DNA from: Candidatus Spyradenecus sp.
GTDB lineage: Bacteria; Verrucomicrobiota; Verrucomicrobiia; Opitutales; UBA953
Length of the DNA: 64,000 bases
Direction of reading: 5' to 3'
Assembly: GCA_045535075.1 (NCBI GenBank)
Contig: JAZSKX010000017.1
Location: forward strand, 192,001-256,000
The number at the start of each line of letters is the position of its first letter. The stretch's first letter is position 1. A program made the translations under genes and the position numbers. The notes below the pieces were generated by a model. It had not been told where the DNA came from. It ran no database searches and was given only the letters and a program-made list of their open reading frames with translations. Below are positions 61,507-64,000 of this stretch, one piece after another.

Positions 61507-62847
61507 CTATAGATTTTCAATCGGAGATTCGACTTCGGATTCGGATTGCTTGCGGGAACGGGAATTGCGGCGACGCTTTTTCGTTTGTTCTTCATCGGAG
61601 ATGATGTCGCGCAGATAACGTACGTCGGCGATTTCGCCGCCGGAAAGCGCGACGCATTCCGCCAAAAATTTTTGCGGGTCGCTGCCGATTGTAAAAAGAT
61701 AAATACGCAGGGAATTTTTTCGCCGTTTCAAGGTCGCGTGCCAACGGGTCTGCCAGCGCAGGTCGCGGTTTTTTCGCCCGTCGGTTTCCGTCGGCTGATA
61801 AACGGAATCTGCGAAAATCGTTTTGCCGTCTTTGTTGTATTGGCGAATGCCGTCTTGGAAATCGGAGAAAATAACGAGTGCATCGTATTTTTCGTTGAGC
61901 ATGATGTCGAGCCACGCGCCGACGGAGCCTTGCTCGAAGTTTTCCGCGTATTTTTTGTAAATGCGCTTCCCGTTGCTCGAAAGGCGGTCTTTTTCTGTTC
62001 CGTCAAGGCGTATGCCGTAGTTGTTATAAGCATTCCCCTTGTCTTTGTAGCGCTTCCCGCCGACGATTTCTCCGTCATGAACGAGAGTTCGGATTCCGTC
62101 GAATTCAAAAATATCCGCGTCCGGGTATTTGTCGTAAATCTCTTGGCGGACTTGCGGAAGATAGGGCGACATACTTCCGGAGCAATCAAGATAGACGGCG
62201 ACTTTCTCCGCCAAAATATTGGCGCCCATGACTTTGCGCGGCGCGAACTGCCCGACGTAATTCCGGGCGTTCCCGATTCCGATTCCGATACCGATTCCGG
62301 TTCCGATTCCTCCGCCGGAGCCGCCGCCGAACCCTCCGTCGCCGCCGGAAGCGAGTCCGCTTGCGGCAAGCGCGCTGAGGCTTTGAGATGCGTCCGGCAA
62401 ATCAGGCATTCTGACGTTGAATTCCGGAAGTACGATTGAAGATTTCGAGGATTTTGAAACAATTTTCGGCGGTTTTGCTTTTATCGGTTTCGGGCGTTTT
62501 ATCACACTTCCCGGAGTTTCGCCGCTTCTCCCGCCGCCGCTTCCCGTGACGAACGCGGCGATCTCCTCTTCCTTGGGCTTGCTAAGGACGCGTTCCGTAA
62601 TCCAAAAAACCGCAAAAATAAGAAACGCTGCGTGGACAATAAATGAGACGATAAATCCGGCGCTGTTCCCGCTGATTCGCCGCCGGGATGAGCCGGGCGT
62701 TTTGTGCGTCTTTCCGTTGTTCCCGTGAGCTTTGTCGTTCCCGCGACTGATAAGTTTTCCCATGACGAAGTGCGCATTTTTCCCCGATGATTTTTTGGCG
62801 ATATCGGGTGCAGGCAAAACGTTTTCTTCGGGCAACGATTTTCTCAT
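61507..62847 (-). CDS. Membrane-anchored vWA-like protein with Gly-rich linker
   Basis: TM SFIVHAAFL, Gly-rich tract, YLDCSGSM MIDAS-like motif, IFSD. Confidence 0.65.
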   Translation of the reverse strand: MRKSLPEENVLPAPDIAKKSSGKNAHFVMGKLISRGNDKAHGNNGKTHKTPGSSRRRISGNSAGFIVSFIVHAAFLIFAVFWITERVLSKPKEEEIAAFVTGSGGGRSGETPGSVIKRPKPIKAKPPKIVSKSSKSSIVLPEFNVRMPDLPDASQSLSALAASGLASGGDGGFGGGSGGGIGTGIGIGIGIGNARNYVGQFAPRKVMGANILAEKVAVYLDCSGSMSPYLPQVRQEIYDKYPDADIFEFDGIRTLVHDGEIVGGKRYKDKGNAYNNYGIRLDGTEKDRLSSNGKRIYKKYAENFEQGSVGAWLDIMLNEKYDALVIFSDFQDGIRQYNKDGKTIFADSVYQPTETDGRKNRDLRWQTRWHATLKRRKNSLRIYLFTIGSDPQKFLAECVALSGGEIADVRYLRDIISDEEQTKKRRRNSRSRKQSESEVESPIENL

Positions 62848-62948
62848 CGGAGTCAACGGAGAGAGTCTTTTAATTAAGCCGAGCGTAAAGGTAGGGTTCA
62901 ATGATTTTCTTGCGGGAATGCGCATTTCGGATTTTCATTTTCGAATTC

Positions 62949-63986
62949 ATGAGCGAAAGCGAAACATTCCCGAAGACTCCGAAAACAACCCGAAAAAGCG
63001 GAGCATTTTACAAAGATTGGTTTCTTTACGGGATGATTACTTGCGTTGTCTTGGCGACGCTTTTCCCCGATGTCGGAAAAACGGGAGGCGTTCTTCACGC
63101 TGACGTTCTCGCCAACTGGGGCGTCGCCGCCGTGTTCTTTTTTCACGGGCTCGGGCTGTCGTGGCAAAACCTCAGAAACGGGCTGCTGGCTTGGCGCGTG
63201 CATACTGCCGTCCAGGTGATGACGTTTTTTGTTTTTCCGCTGATTACATTCGCGTTTTGCGGCGTTTTTCATAACGCGCTCGCTTGGCTTCCTGCGCAAC
63301 TTGCACTCGGATTCTACTTTCTCGGCGCACTGCCTTCGACGATTTCTTCGTCGGTCGCGATGACGGCGATTGCCCGCGGGAACGTTCCGGCTGCGATTTT
63401 TAATGCGTCAATTTCGAGCCTGCTCGGCATTGTTCTGACGCCGTTGTTGGTCGGAATTTTTGCAACGACAAGCGGAGATTCGCTCCCGCTCGGGAAAACG
63501 ATTCTGGATCTTTTCGTTTTGCTTTTTCTCCCGTTTTTACTTGGGCAGTTGTTGCGCCCGTTTTTGATAAAAATCGCCGAAGGCTTTAAAAAAAGTATAA
63601 ATACCTTCGACAAATGCGTTATTTTGTTAATCGTTTATTCGTCGTTTGCCGATTCCGTCGCGCGCGGCCTTTGGGAGAATTACGGTGCGGAAATTCTTGT
63701 CCAAACGCTTGCGGGAACGCTTCTGATTTTGTTTGCTGCGCTTTGCGTTTCTTTGGCGCTTTCAAAAATTCTCCGCTTTAAAAAAGAGGATGAAATTACA
63801 ACGGTTTTTTGCGGCTCAAAAAAGACGTTGGCGTCGGGAGTGCCGATGGCAAAAGTTATTTTCGGCGCGGCGGCACTTGCCGGAGATTTGGATATCGGGC
63901 TGATTGTCCTGCCGATTATGTTTTACCATCAACTCCAATTATTGGTTTGTACGATTCTTGCCAATCGCTACGCGTTGCGCCAATAA
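62949..63986 (+). CDS. Bile acid:sodium symporter family transporter
   Basis: FFFHGLGL, LPSTISSSV, GNVPAA, FCGSKKTLASG, MFYHQLQL. Confidence 0.9.
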   Translation: MSESETFPKTPKTTRKSGAFYKDWFLYGMITCVVLATLFPDVGKTGGVLHADVLANWGVAAVFFFHGLGLSWQNLRNGLLAWRVHTAVQVMTFFVFPLITFAFCGVFHNALAWLPAQLALGFYFLGALPSTISSSVAMTAIARGNVPAAIFNASISSLLGIVLTPLLVGIFATTSGDSLPLGKTILDLFVLLFLPFLLGQLLRPFLIKIAEGFKKSINTFDKCVILLIVYSSFADSVARGLWENYGAEILVQTLAGTLLILFAALCVSLALSKILRFKKEDEITTVFCGSKKTLASGVPMAKVIFGAAALAGDLDIGLIVLPIMFYHQLQLLVCTILANRYALRQ

Positions 63987-64000
63987 AGAAAAAGGCGGCA

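Noticed and set aside
62273..62335. CCGATT-type tandem repeat
   Set aside because: It encodes the Gly-rich GGGIGTGIGIGIG linker of the vWA-like protein; ordinary low-complexity coding sequence.

Overview
The window has two parts. (1) Positions 1-28397 hold most of a Mu-like (transposable) prophage with a non-contractile-tail gene set; its left end lies outside the window. In order it carries leftward early genes (probable transposase N-terminus at the edge, two ribbon-helix-helix proteins), an AT-richer accessory island (ClpP-like SDH protease, Zn-ribbon and membrane proteins), head genes in a permuted order, a MuF protein with a C-terminal ADP-ribosyltransferase-like domain, tail genes with a -1 frameshift chaperone, a DxD glycosyltransferase-like gene, a mosaic tail fibre and two tandem Dam-family methyltransferases. 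Its right end (...TTTACA at 28397) truncates a host SPFH/zinc-ribbon gene. (2) Positions 28398-64000 are host chromosome, probably origin-proximal (mnmE-mnmG with two perfect parS palindromes) and probably Verrucomicrobiota (inference). Genes include tlyA, a phosphohexomutase, pssA, gap, ahcY, ftsQ-ftsA-ftsZ (divergent ftsZ), rluD, a SurA-like protein, LPS/polysaccharide genes and mutY. The most striking signal is a non-palindromic 9-mer, GCGGGAACG/CGTTCCCGC. By manual count it occurs about 62 times in the 35.6 kb of host DNA against about 0.3 expected by chance, and only about 5 times in the prophage. It sits in both orientations, inside genes in several frames, and as inverted pairs forming terminator stems. 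This is the signature of a DNA-uptake-sequence-like genome tag. All calls come from reading the sequence; no database searches were run.
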